From an uncultured Actinomycetota bacterium (GTDB lineage Bacteria; Actinomycetota; Actinomycetes; Streptosporangiales; Streptosporangiaceae): DNA of 64,000 nt. Below the pieces are notes generated by a model. That model had not been told where the DNA came from and searched no databases. It saw only the letters and a program-made list of their open reading frames with translations. Position numbers and translations under genes: made by a program. This document shows positions 48,194 to 57,859 of this stretch, piece by piece (position 1 is the stretch's first letter; the number at the start of each line of letters is the position of its first letter). Location of the stretch: the NCBI GenBank assembly GCA_963720575.1, contig CAVRGA010000002.1, positions 5,149,209 to 5,213,208 on the forward strand. Direction: 5' to 3'.

Positions 48194-48664
48194 ATGACTC
48201 AAGGCGGGCTGGAGATCCAGCCGATCGGACTCGTCGTGGGCGGACGCGCCGAAATCAGCGACGACCACTGGACCGGAATGGCGATCATACGCCTGAACGA
48301 AAATTACCCGGCAGAAGTCGTTCAGGGCCTGGACCAGTTCTCGCACCTGGTGGTCGTCTGGCACTTCCACCGTGCATCCGAATCAGAAGTCGCATTGCAT
48401 GCGCGAAGCCCTAGAGGAAACCCGGCCTGGCCAGCCACCGGGACGTTCGTCCACCGTAACCATCGCAGGCCAAACCAGCTCGCGCAGTCCTTCCCCCGGC
48501 TGCTGAAAGTTGACGGGCTGGATCTCCACGTCACCGACCTGGACGCGATCGACGGCACGCCAATCTATGATCTCGCCCCGTACTTCGCGGAGATGGGGCC
48601 GCGAGGCGTGATCCGCCAGCCGACGTGGCCAGCGGAAATGCTCCGGAACTACTGGGCCGATTAA
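48194..48664 (+). CDS. tsaA: TsaA/YaeB-family SAM-dependent methyltransferase (tRNA m6t6A-type fold).
   Basis: 156 aa. FSHLVVVWHFHR and LDAIDGTPIYDLAPY motifs of the TsaA family. Confidence 0.75.
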   Translation: MTQGGLEIQPIGLVVGGRAEISDDHWTGMAIIRLNENYPAEVVQGLDQFSHLVVVWHFHRASESEVALHARSPRGNPAWPATGTFVHRNHRRPNQLAQSFPRLLKVDGLDLHVTDLDAIDGTPIYDLAPYFAEMGPRGVIRQPTWPAEMLRNYWAD

Positions 48665-48718
48665 CGCCGCGCTATGCGGTTCCCGCGACGCCGATGAGGT
48701 GTCCCTCGGGGCCAGTGC

Positions 48719-48824
48719 GATGTTCCGTGATCATGTTCGTGGGCGTGATCACGGAAGATCGCCCAGGTCAGGAAAGCGGCGATGTTCCGTGATCATGACC
48801 GCGTCCTTGATCACGGAGTATCGC
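48719..48824. repeat. Two tandem 44-bp repeat units (48719-48762; 48781-48824), each an 11-bp-arm inverted repeat TTCCGTGATCA-N12-TGATCACGGAA.
   Basis: Unit 1 gatgttccgtgatcatgttcgtgggcgtgatcacggaagatcgc. Unit 2 gatgttccgtgatcatgaccgcgtccttgatcacggagtatcgc. Located between convergent gene ends. Confidence 0.7.
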
Positions 48825-48865
48825 GCCTGCCGCCCCCGCCCTGACAGATGCGGGCCGCCAGCGGC

Positions 48866-49636
48866 TCACCCGTGACTTCGCCTGCGGCTGTGCAGCCAGT
48901 CGCCGAAATTACGGGCGACGATCCGCTCGTCGTGGACGCCGGCGGCAGCCGGAGAGGCAAGCCAGACTATCGGCGGTCCCATGATCGCCGGGTCGAGCAG
49001 GCTGGCGCGCTGAGCAGCCCCGATCTCGGCGGGAATCATCCCCGTCGCGGTCGCGCCGCCGGGCAGCAGGATGTTGGCGGTGACCGGCGTGCCGGCCAGG
49101 TCGGCCGCCATCACCCGGGCCAGGGCCTCCACGGCGGCACCAGATGGCCCGTAGGGGACGAACCCGCGGCGGGTCATCGTCTGCTCGCTCATCGAGATCG
49201 TGACCACCCGCCCGCCCCCGGTGCTCAGCATGCGCGGCACTACCGCCCGGGCGACCAGGAACGTGCCGGTCACCTTGGTCTCCATCACGTCGCTAAAGCC
49301 CGCGGCCGGCACCTCCCAGAACGGCCGGGGCTCGGTCATGAACCGCGGGTTGACGGTCCGCATCCCGATCCCGGCGTTGCTGACGAGCAGGTCCAGGCCG
49401 CCGAGCATCCTCCAGGTGCTCTCGACCGCCGCCGATACCGAACTGGCATCGCGGACGTCGAGTTCGATTCCCAGTGCTCCGGCACCCAGTTCGGCGGCGG
49501 TGGCCTGCGCGCGCCCCCGGTAGCGGCTAGTCACCGCCACCCAGGCGCCCGCCGCCGCGAGCGCCGCCGCCATCGCCCGCCCCAGCCCGCTCGTGCCCCC
49601 GGTCACCAAGACCCGGGTACCTATCAGCTGCGACAT
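48866..49636 (-). CDS. Short-chain dehydrogenase/reductase (SDR).
   Basis: 256 aa. TGGTSGLGRA. NAG motif. YGPSGAAVEAL region. Confidence 0.85.
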   Translation of the reverse strand: MSQLIGTRVLVTGGTSGLGRAMAAALAAAGAWVAVTSRYRGRAQATAAELGAGALGIELDVRDASSVSAAVESTWRMLGGLDLLVSNAGIGMRTVNPRFMTEPRPFWEVPAAGFSDVMETKVTGTFLVARAVVPRMLSTGGGRVVTISMSEQTMTRRGFVPYGPSGAAVEALARVMAADLAGTPVTANILLPGGATATGMIPAEIGAAQRASLLDPAIMGPPIVWLASPAAAGVHDERIVARNFGDWLHSRRRSHG

Positions 49637-49877
49637 CCAGGTTCAGCTCCCCTGATAGTCATGAATAGCTCAGACGCTGCCAAGCATGATCTCGTCACCA
49701 GCGCCGGCCGGGAGCCACTCGCCACCACGCGGCCCGCTCGCCACCCGGATTGCCGCCCTCGACCTTAGAGTCAGGTGAATGGCTAAGTCGGCCTAACTCG
49801 GGTGTTTCCGCAATGGCATGCTTGCCTTTTTAGCGGGCAGTGGTGCAGGGTCGCGCGCTGGGGAGGGGCAGGCAAAC

Positions 49878-52800
49878 ATGGGGCGAGCGTTCTTTACCGG
49901 TCGGCGAGTACTCGAGATATCAGCGGCGTCGCTGGCAGGAACCGGCCTGCTGATCGGCAGCCAGGTACCGGCCTCGGCAGTTTCGCGGGCACCGGCGGCG
50001 CTTCCGGGCGCGCCGACGGCGGTCTCGGCCCGCGGCACCGATCACGGCGCACTGCTGAGCTGGAAAGCTCCGGCCGCTACCGGGGGGTCGCCGGTGACCG
50101 GGTACCTGATCAAGGCCTCACCCGGCGGCCGGCAGGTGCGCACCGCCGCGGTCACCAGATACGCCGTCGGCGGGCTGTCCAACGGGCACGCGTACAGATT
50201 CACGGTCGCCGCGGTCAACCACGCCGGAACCGGACGCGCCAGCAAGCCATCGCCTCCCGTCACGCCCCGCCCGCCCGCCGCACCGTCCGAGGTCAGGGCG
50301 CTGCGAGTCACCGCGGGTTTCCGGCTGCTCAACGTCTCCTGGCAGGCACCGAAATCGGATGGCGGAACTCCGGTCACCGGCTATCACCTCACCGTGAAGC
50401 CCGGCAATCGCACCCTGGCCGCGGCCGGAGCGGCCCGTTCTGCCATTGTGACCGGCCTGAAGAACGGCATTACGTACCGCGTCACAGTTTCGGCCGTCAA
50501 TGCCGCCGGGCGCGGCAAGACGCTGACATCCGCCGGCGTCAAGCCCAGGGTCACCGCGCCCAGTGCGGTAGCAAGCGTCACCGCTGCCTCCGCCGCCTCG
50601 GGCGTCACCGTGTCCTGGTCGCCGCCGGCCAGTAACGGCGGATCGGCGATCAAGGCCTACCAGATAGCGATCTCAGGCACGCGCAGGACCATCAAGGTCT
50701 CCGCCAGCGCACGATCGGACACTATTACCGGGCTCGCGAATGGCCACAGCTACACCTTCGCGGTGACCGCGCTGAACGGCAAGGGACCTGGGCCGGCCGC
50801 TACGTCGGCCGCGGCGTCCGCGAGCGGGACGGTCGGCGCGCGCACCGTGGTGCTTTCCGCCGCCTCGCTGGCCGCGCTGTCAGAAGTGCAGACCGACCGC
50901 ACGCTGATGTTCACCAGTCCGCCGGCTCAGGTGAAGCACCTGGCCAAGGGCGACATCGTCGTCGCCGGCATCAGCAAGGCGACACCCGGCGGACTGCTGC
51001 TCGACGTCACCAGCGTGTCCGCGACCGCGTCCGTGGTCACTGTGCGGACCTCGCCCGCCTCCCTTGACCAGGCGCTGTCAGCCGCGGGTTTCGGCGGCAC
51101 GATGGCATTGACCCCGGGCCAGGTCGCCGGCTTCACGCCGGCCAGGTCCGGCGTGAGCCTGATGCCCGCCAGCCCCCTGGCAGCGTCCGGGCTGCCGGGC
51201 ATCGGGATCAGCGTGCACACGATCTTGTACACCGGGACCGGGCACAGGACCGTGAGCGTGTCCGGCAACCTCAGCCTGACGCCTGACCTGTCGTTCTCCG
51301 CGTCGATCAGTTGCTGCGTGCACGTCAGCACCAAGTTCACCGCCACGATCACCGCCTCGGCCGCGCTGTCTCTCCACGCGGGCGTCGACGCCAAGACCGA
51401 AGGCGACTACCCCCTGGGCGACATCGACTTCAAGCCCTTCCTGGTCGACGTTCTCGGCGTCCCGGTCGTGATCCAGGCGGCGCTCGGTATCTCGCTGACC
51501 GCCAAGGGCGAGGTCAAAGCGGGCCTTGATACAGGAGCCAGCCAGATCCTGACCGTAGGCGGGGAAGTGACCACCAGGGACTCGCATGTATCGGCCAAGC
51601 CCGTGTACTCGCACACCAGCACGTGGACACCGCCGGCCGTGGCCGGCAGCTTCGAAGCCGCGGCAGGCATCAAGACGGAACTCTCGGCCACGTTCAATGA
51701 GATCCCAGGTCCGAGCCTCGTCAACACCTGGTACCTGCTCGAGCTGACCGCCAACACGGCGCTCAATCCCTGGTGGACCCTGTGGATCGAGAACGTGGTC
51801 GGCATCGAGTACAAGCTGTCGATGTTCGGTGACCAGTTCACCGACGTGTTCCTCTCGCTGCTTGACAACAAGTTCCCGCTCACCCGGGCGCCCGCGCCCT
51901 ATCAGGACATCGCGATCACGCCGGACCCCGCGACCGTCAATCCCGGCGGCACGCTGCAACTGCATGCCAAGGTCGCGGGCTCGGCGGCGCAGAACGTCAC
52001 CTGGACGCTTCCCGACGGCGGCGGCAGCATCAGCCCGCAAGGCCTGTACACCGCCCCGGCTCAGCCGGGCACCTACTTGGTGGTCGCGGCCCAGCCCCCA
52101 GGCGGGCTCAAGCTCCCGCAAGAAGGCGAGCTGTCGATCCTGGTCGGGGCCATACCACCAGGCGCGCCCGTCAGCCCGGCGGCCAGCTCGGCCAGCTACG
52201 GCAGCGCGACCGTGACCTGGCAGCCGCCGGCCAACACCAGCGGCGCCGCGATCAGCCAGTACACGATCACCGCGCACCCGGGGAATCAGAGCCAGACCGC
52301 GGCAGGGACCGCCACCAGCACGGTCATGGGCGACCTGATCCCCGGCGCCGTCTACACCTTCACCGTCACCGCGTCGAGCAGCGGCGGAAGCAGCATCGCG
52401 TCCCCGCCCTCCAGCCCGGTCACCATCGACGACACCGCGACTGTGCTCACGGCGTTCGACGGATCACCGGGGTCCGGCTCGCCTCCCGCGACACTCGGCC
52501 CCTATCAGATGACCAAGTTCGGCAAGGACACCCAGCCTGTCGGCGGAGTCGTCAGCGTGGCCGGGCCTACCGGAACCGTCGGCCTCAAGTTCGAAGTCGA
52601 GCACCTCAAGGTCGGCGCGACCGGCTTCACCAGCTGGAGCAACGGCTACGCCGGCGACATCTACCACTCCAACGGCGAGGGATTCACCCAGTTCGACTTC
52701 ACGCTTCCGCCCGGCACGCGGGCGTTCTACTTCTACGCCCAGCCCAGTGACGTCATCGCCTCGACCGGCCTGATAGCGACCACGCCCGACGGAGCCACCT

Positions 52801-52952
52801 CGGGCACGGTCAGCGCCACCCCGGACGGCGGTGCCATGTACTTCGGCTTCTACGCGACCGGCTCCGCGCCACTGACAGAAATCGACGTACGCAACACCTC
52901 CGACGCTACCTTCGCGGTCGGGGAATTCGGCATCGCGGCAGGAGCCGGGTGA
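49878..52952 (+). CDS. Large secreted protein with fibronectin type III repeats and a bacterial Ig-like (BIG_2-like) domain.
   Basis: Start MGRAFFTGRRVLEISAASLAGTGLLIGSQVPASA (signal peptide). Three N-terminal FN3 units (LSWKAP…GGSPVTGY…YRFTVAAVN). BIG-like ITPDPATVNPGGTLQLHAKVAG. One more FN3 near the C-terminus. Confidence 0.7.
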   Translation: MGRAFFTGRRVLEISAASLAGTGLLIGSQVPASAVSRAPAALPGAPTAVSARGTDHGALLSWKAPAATGGSPVTGYLIKASPGGRQVRTAAVTRYAVGGLSNGHAYRFTVAAVNHAGTGRASKPSPPVTPRPPAAPSEVRALRVTAGFRLLNVSWQAPKSDGGTPVTGYHLTVKPGNRTLAAAGAARSAIVTGLKNGITYRVTVSAVNAAGRGKTLTSAGVKPRVTAPSAVASVTAASAASGVTVSWSPPASNGGSAIKAYQIAISGTRRTIKVSASARSDTITGLANGHSYTFAVTALNGKGPGPAATSAAASASGTVGARTVVLSAASLAALSEVQTDRTLMFTSPPAQVKHLAKGDIVVAGISKATPGGLLLDVTSVSATASVVTVRTSPASLDQALSAAGFGGTMALTPGQVAGFTPARSGVSLMPASPLAASGLPGIGISVHTILYTGTGHRTVSVSGNLSLTPDLSFSASISCCVHVSTKFTATITASAALSLHAGVDAKTEGDYPLGDIDFKPFLVDVLGVPVVIQAALGISLTAKGEVKAGLDTGASQILTVGGEVTTRDSHVSAKPVYSHTSTWTPPAVAGSFEAAAGIKTELSATFNEIPGPSLVNTWYLLELTANTALNPWWTLWIENVVGIEYKLSMFGDQFTDVFLSLLDNKFPLTRAPAPYQDIAITPDPATVNPGGTLQLHAKVAGSAAQNVTWTLPDGGGSISPQGLYTAPAQPGTYLVVAAQPPGGLKLPQEGELSILVGAIPPGAPVSPAASSASYGSATVTWQPPANTSGAAISQYTITAHPGNQSQTAAGTATSTVMGDLIPGAVYTFTVTASSSGGSSIASPPSSPVTIDDTATVLTAFDGSPGSGSPPATLGPYQMTKFGKDTQPVGGVVSVAGPTGTVGLKFEVEHLKVGATGFTSWSNGYAGDIYHSNGEGFTQFDFTLPPGTRAFYFYAQPSDVIASTGLIATTPDGATSGTVSATPDGGAMYFGFYATGSAPLTEIDVRNTSDATFAVGEFGIAAGAG

Positions 52953-52995
52953 CTGGCGCTCAGCGCGGAGACTCATGGTGATCGAGGAAGTCCGT

Positions 52996-53811
52996 ATGGG
53001 TGACGAGGTTGTGTTCGCGGCGGATCTGTACCGTGGCAGCGCGGAATTCTATGACCGCTACCGGCTGCCTTACCCGGAGGCGCTGCTGGCGGACCTGGCC
53101 CGGCGCGCCGGGGTTTCGGGGCGCGGGTGCCTGCTGGACCTGGCGTGCGGGACGGGCCAGCTCGCCTTCCCGCTGCGCCGCTGGTTCTCCGCGGTGTGGG
53201 CGGTGGACCAGGAGCCGGACATGGCGGAAATGGTCCGGGGCAAGGCAGCCGCCGCGGGCGACGGTAATGTTCGGCCGGTCGTGTCGAGCGCGGAGGCCCT
53301 TGACGCCGGGCCGGGTTCCTTCGAGCTGGCCGTCATCGGCAACGCGTTCCACCGGCTCGACCGCGACCTGGTCGCCCGCCGGGTCTTCGGCTGGCTCCAG
53401 CCGGGCGGCTGCCTGGCGCTGTGCTGGTCGTCCTCCCCGTGGGCCGGCCAGCAGGACTGGCAGCGGGAACTCGCGGCCGTCATGGGCAGGTGGAAGGCGG
53501 CGCTCGGAGCCGGGGACAGGGTTCCGGCTGGCTGGGACCTGGCGCGGCAGCGCCGGCCTGATGCCCGGGTGCTGTCCGATGCCGGTTTCGAGACCGCCGG
53601 GCGGTACGAGTTCACCGCCGGGCACCGCTGGAGCCTGCCGGAACTCGCCGGGCACATCCGGTCGACATCGGCACTGCCGCCGCCGGTACTCGGCGACCAG
53701 GCCGGGGCATTCGATGACGACCTCGCGGCCAGCCTCAGCCCGCACGGCGACGACGGTGCCTTCTCCGAGACCGTGAGCTTCGCCTACGAGCTTGCCCGCA
53801 AGCCCGCATGA
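52996..53811 (+). CDS. Class I SAM-dependent methyltransferase.
   Basis: Motif I LLDLACGTGQLA. Motif II. About 270 aa. Confidence 0.7.
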   Translation: MGDEVVFAADLYRGSAEFYDRYRLPYPEALLADLARRAGVSGRGCLLDLACGTGQLAFPLRRWFSAVWAVDQEPDMAEMVRGKAAAAGDGNVRPVVSSAEALDAGPGSFELAVIGNAFHRLDRDLVARRVFGWLQPGGCLALCWSSSPWAGQQDWQRELAAVMGRWKAALGAGDRVPAGWDLARQRRPDARVLSDAGFETAGRYEFTAGHRWSLPELAGHIRSTSALPPPVLGDQAGAFDDDLAASLSPHGDDGAFSETVSFAYELARKPA

Positions 53812-53899
53812 GCCCGCGGGGGATGGCCGCGGCGTGCGGGTGCCCGCGGCGACGCGGGCACCCGCCAGGATTACTTACATGCGAGACGCGCAGGATCAG

Positions 53900-56101
53900 T
53901 TACGGCACGACGTAGTTGACTGACGTGCCCCAGTTGGCCCTCCCGTCTCTGGTCCCGCCGCAAGTGCTCAGCGTCAGCGCGAAGGCCGCGCCGGTGCAGT
54001 TCGGGAACTGGATGTAATTGTTTGCGAAATAGATTCTGCCGGTCCCTGGGAGGAACACGCCCTCGCTGTAGTCGCCCCAGCGCGGCCGGGTACGGCCAGG
54101 GAACCCCTGGTACTCGGAGAAGCCGTCCTGCGGCGACTGGCCCAGGTCAGCGATGTTGATGACCGATCCTTGCACGCCGTTCGACAGGCTGGTAAGGCGG
54201 CCGTAGGCAGTGCTGGGGAAGAAGCCCCCGTTGTCTGCCCCGGTGGGCCCGCCGTTTCCTGACAAGGTGAACAAGACGATGGCGCGGCCGTTTCCGCCAT
54301 CCTGGCTGCGGAAGCCCTCGGCGGCCATGGCCGACATCTCCAGGTCCTCATGCTGCGGCGAGACATACGACTGGCTGGTGAGGGTGAAGACCCCGTGCCG
54401 GTCGAAGCTGTCGGTGCCGACGACCCAGTAGACGACGCCCTGGTGGGCCTCGGGGGCCGCCTCAGAGGAGAACGTCTGGCTGATGCCCGTCTCGGAGGAA
54501 GTCCACAACTGGCCCCGCGCCTGCGACGCTTGGGTGACGCCATCGCCGTTGGTGGCGATCGTGCCCTCCGGGCAGCTCGCGGGGGCCGGGTTGCCCGTGC
54601 TCAGGCCGGCCGCTCCGCATTCGTCGCCCAGCGGGATCGGGCCGGCCTTCTGCGCTGCCCGGCTTCCGTTGTCGTAGGACAGCACGTCGGAGAACAGCTG
54701 ACCGCCGAACTGGATGCCGCCGCAGCCGGCGCAGTCGTGGCTGTTCAGACCGCCCAAGCCGGTCCAGTCGAAGACGGCGAGCCGGTTGTCGCCCTGCCCG
54801 CGGAAGTCGAGCGTCGCGAGCATGAACGCGGAGCCGTCGTGACTGTTGTCGAACTGGGACGAGTCCGGCGGCTGCGCCGGAATCACCTGGATCCAGCACG
54901 TGATGCCGGGCCGCTGGGTCTGGTTATCAGAGGAGCAGGTCCCGTCTGGCGTCGGCACCAGGCCCATGTTCTCGATGGCGACATTGAAGCCACGGTTCGG
55001 GCTTCCGTCGGGCTCGGTGACCGGCTGGCCCTCCTCCATCGCCTTCTTGTCGAATGCGAACTCCTGCGCTCCGTTGAAGAATCCGCCGCCCAGGCCGGGA
55101 TTGTTCCCGTCGAGCGGGAACTCGTCGTACATCATCAGGAACGCGTCTCGCGAAGTCGCGATCTTCGCGAAGTCGTTGAGCAGGCTGGGCGAGCCCGGCT
55201 CGGCCGGGTTGTAGTTGGCGTTGAGGAAGTAGACGTTGTACGGGCCGAACGGGTTTGAGCCCACGGTCACGGCGATGGCCTCGAAGCAGCCATTGGCCAC
55301 GGCGGCGAAGCAGCCCGCGAACGGGCCGCCGGACGCCTCGGTGCTGGCAGAAGCGATCTCGGTGAAGAACCAGTGCCCGCCATGGTCGGGGTCGAATACA
55401 CAGGAGGGATCCCCGCCGGAGCTCCAGCCCCGGGCAGTGAGCCCCATCACGGTGTCCAGCGGGATCGCTCCGGACAACCGGTGCAGGGCCGCGTTGAAGA
55501 TCATGATCTCGCCGATGTTATTCGCCTCGGCGACGACTCCCTTGCCAGCGCACAGGCCCTGGTCCGGGGGCTCGATGTCGCCCTGCGGGTTGGTGGCCAG
55601 CGTTCCGCTGTCGACCGCGTTCAGGCCCTTCACGCCGACGGCACCGCCCGAGGCAGAGCTGACGTTGTCGCAGCCAGGGCCTAGCGGCTCGCAGCTCACG
55701 GCCGGGATAACGGGAGCGTCGGCACTTGCCAGCTTTCCGGCAGCGCGGGCAGCACTTGCACGCGGCAGCATGGGCAGCGTCATGGCGTGCTGCTGGTCGG
55801 CCCGGACTGACTGGCTGGCCTTAGCAGCCCGATGACCGGCTGCCAGGGCCAGCGTGGATGGCGTGCGGAAGGGGCCGGTGAGCAGGGAACAGCCCGAAGC
55901 GCAGCCGGTCGCGGCCGGGCCGGCGAAGGTTGGCGAGAACTGTCCCAGGCTTGCTGACGAGCTCGACTGCCCGGCGGAGGCACGGGACATGGCAGTCGCC
56001 GCCGCTTCACCAGGGCCAGAGGTGAGCAGCGCGACCGGAAGGGACAGCAGCGAAAGCATCGCGGCCGCCCCCAGGAAGCGTTTGTTTCTGCTGTTCGGCA
56101 T
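53900..56101 (-). CDS. Secreted protein of unknown function.
   Basis: Start MPNSRNKRFLGAAAMLSLLSLPVALLTSGPGEAAA (signal peptide). 733 aa. No confident family recognised. Confidence 0.55.
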   Translation of the reverse strand: MPNSRNKRFLGAAAMLSLLSLPVALLTSGPGEAAATAMSRASAGQSSSSASLGQFSPTFAGPAATGCASGCSLLTGPFRTPSTLALAAGHRAAKASQSVRADQQHAMTLPMLPRASAARAAGKLASADAPVIPAVSCEPLGPGCDNVSSASGGAVGVKGLNAVDSGTLATNPQGDIEPPDQGLCAGKGVVAEANNIGEIMIFNAALHRLSGAIPLDTVMGLTARGWSSGGDPSCVFDPDHGGHWFFTEIASASTEASGGPFAGCFAAVANGCFEAIAVTVGSNPFGPYNVYFLNANYNPAEPGSPSLLNDFAKIATSRDAFLMMYDEFPLDGNNPGLGGGFFNGAQEFAFDKKAMEEGQPVTEPDGSPNRGFNVAIENMGLVPTPDGTCSSDNQTQRPGITCWIQVIPAQPPDSSQFDNSHDGSAFMLATLDFRGQGDNRLAVFDWTGLGGLNSHDCAGCGGIQFGGQLFSDVLSYDNGSRAAQKAGPIPLGDECGAAGLSTGNPAPASCPEGTIATNGDGVTQASQARGQLWTSSETGISQTFSSEAAPEAHQGVVYWVVGTDSFDRHGVFTLTSQSYVSPQHEDLEMSAMAAEGFRSQDGGNGRAIVLFTLSGNGGPTGADNGGFFPSTAYGRLTSLSNGVQGSVINIADLGQSPQDGFSEYQGFPGRTRPRWGDYSEGVFLPGTGRIYFANNYIQFPNCTGAAFALTLSTCGGTRDGRANWGTSVNYVVP

Positions 56102-56403
56102 AAATCCTCCATTACGGAGCAAACGCACCCCCGGGGACTGCGATGCAGAATGCGGCTCTCCCGCACCCGGGGGCCCACGCGGGAAGGCCTAGGCAGCAGC
56201 CCGCGGCGGCCGATGCGACCGCCATGGCTGGCGCCGTTATCGTCCTGCCGGAGGAACTATCCGTCAATCCCCAAAAAGCACGCTATGGCCAGCCGGGCGC
56301 CTGCCGGCCCGGCGGTGCCGCAGTGAGCCGTCCTACGCTTGGCCAGGTCATGCCGATACTGGGGACAAGGATCACGTCCGTTCCCGTCAGGAGATGATCT
56401 GCC

Positions 56404-57759
56404 ATGAGCGTGGCCGCCGGTACCCGCGCAGTGCTTCACGACCAGGCAGCCGCAGTGCTGCGCGGCAACGACGCGGGCGACTGGACCAGGGCGGCACCTG
56501 TCCTTTATCCGCACCAGTGGAGCTGGGACAGCGCCTTCATAGCTATCGGATGGGCGCACCTGGACGTCCGGCGGGCCATGACCGAGCTCGAGCAACTCTT
56601 CACGGCGCAGTGGGCGACGGGAATGGTGCCTCATGTCGTGTTCCGGGCGGGTCCGGACCGTCCTTACTTTCCCGGGCCGGAGTGGTGGGGCACCTCCGTC
56701 TCGCCGGCGGCGCCCGCGCCTCCTGTCAAGACGACCGGGATCTGCCAGCCGCCGGTGCATGCCCTGGCCTTGCAGCGGATCTGGCAGCTCACACCGCAGG
56801 CGCGGCAGCCGGAGATCCGCGCGCGCATTCAGGCGCTGTACCCCCGGATGGTCAGCTGGCATCGCTATCTCGCCACCTACCGCGACCCCGAGGAATCCGG
56901 CCTGGTCAGCACCTATCACCCATGGGAGGGCACGGACAACTCCCCGCGCTGGGACAGCGCGCTTCAGCGCATCACGGTGGCCAAGCCCGGCCCGTACACT
57001 CGCCTGGACACCAGCGCGGTGGCCGACCCGTCGCAGCGGCCCACCAACTGGGACTATGACCGGTTCCTCTGGCTGGTCGAACAGTTGCGGAAATACCGGT
57101 ACGACGACGCCCAGATCTACCGCGAGTACCCGTTCCTGATCAAGGACGTTTTCTTCAGCGCCATCCTCGTCGCGGCCAACGCCGCGCTCCTTGACCTAGC
57201 CGAGGTGGCCGGGGCCAGCGACGACGACCGCGAGCAGCTGACCCGCTGGCTCAGCCGCGGCCGCGCCGGGCTGGCCAGCCGCTTCGACACCCAGGCCGGC
57301 CTGTGCGCCGACTACGACGTCCGCGCCGGGCAGGACATCCGGCTGCGAACGTTCGCGGGCTTCGCGCCGCTGTTCGCCCGGACCGCGGACACCGGCCAGC
57401 GCGCTGCCCAGCTGCGGCTTCTCGACTCCGACGATTTCTGCGGCCACCCGGGACTGCGCTGGCGCCTGCTGCCGAGCACCTCCCCCGCCGAGCCGGGGTT
57501 CGAGCCGGAGAACTACTGGCGCGGCCCGGTCTGGCCCATCATCAACTGGCTGCTGTGGCAGTCGCTGAGCCTGCTCGGCTACTCGGCCCGAGCGGACGAG
57601 ATCCGCAGCGACTCGCTCAGCCAGATCGCAGCCGACGGGGACTTCGGCGAGTATTTCGAGCCGTTCACCGGCAAACAGCTCGGCTCGGCGCAGCAGTCCT
57701 GGACAGCCGCCGTCACGCTGGACTGGTCGGCCTCCGGCCACAGCGGCGGAGCATGCTAG
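56404..57759 (+). CDS. GH63-like six-hairpin glycosidase (glucosyl-/mannosyl-glycerate-hydrolase-like).
   Basis: 451 aa. HQWSWDSAFIAIGW motif characteristic of the GH63/MGH family. Confidence 0.65.
   Translation: MSVAAGTRAVLHDQAAAVLRGNDAGDWTRAAPVLYPHQWSWDSAFIAIGWAHLDVRRAMTELEQLFTAQWATGMVPHVVFRAGPDRPYFPGPEWWGTSVSPAAPAPPVKTTGICQPPVHALALQRIWQLTPQARQPEIRARIQALYPRMVSWHRYLATYRDPEESGLVSTYHPWEGTDNSPRWDSALQRITVAKPGPYTRLDTSAVADPSQRPTNWDYDRFLWLVEQLRKYRYDDAQIYREYPFLIKDVFFSAILVAANAALLDLAEVAGASDDDREQLTRWLSRGRAGLASRFDTQAGLCADYDVRAGQDIRLRTFAGFAPLFARTADTGQRAAQLRLLDSDDFCGHPGLRWRLLPSTSPAEPGFEPENYWRGPVWPIINWLLWQSLSLLGYSARADEIRSDSLSQIAADGDFGEYFEPFTGKQLGSAQQSWTAAVTLDWSASGHSGGAC
57366..57406. repeat. 41-bp segment inside the GH63 gene, duplicated at 59575-59615 (1 mismatch).
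   Basis: gccgctgttcgcccggac[c/t]gcggacaccggccagcgcgctg. Both copies encode LFARTADTGQRA in their local frame. Confidence 0.8.
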
Positions 57760-57859
57760 CGCTTCACCGGCGGTACCTTGGCGGCGCGGGACATCCGAAG
57801 ATGTCAACAAGCAGTAGGTCCAGATCGACAGGCGCTAACTGGTGTGCGAAAATCGCACC

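Noticed and set aside
48719-48824. CRISPR array.
   Set aside because: There are only two repeat units. The spacer between them is 18 bp. The units are internally palindromic with variable centres, and no cas genes are present. This is not a CRISPR.
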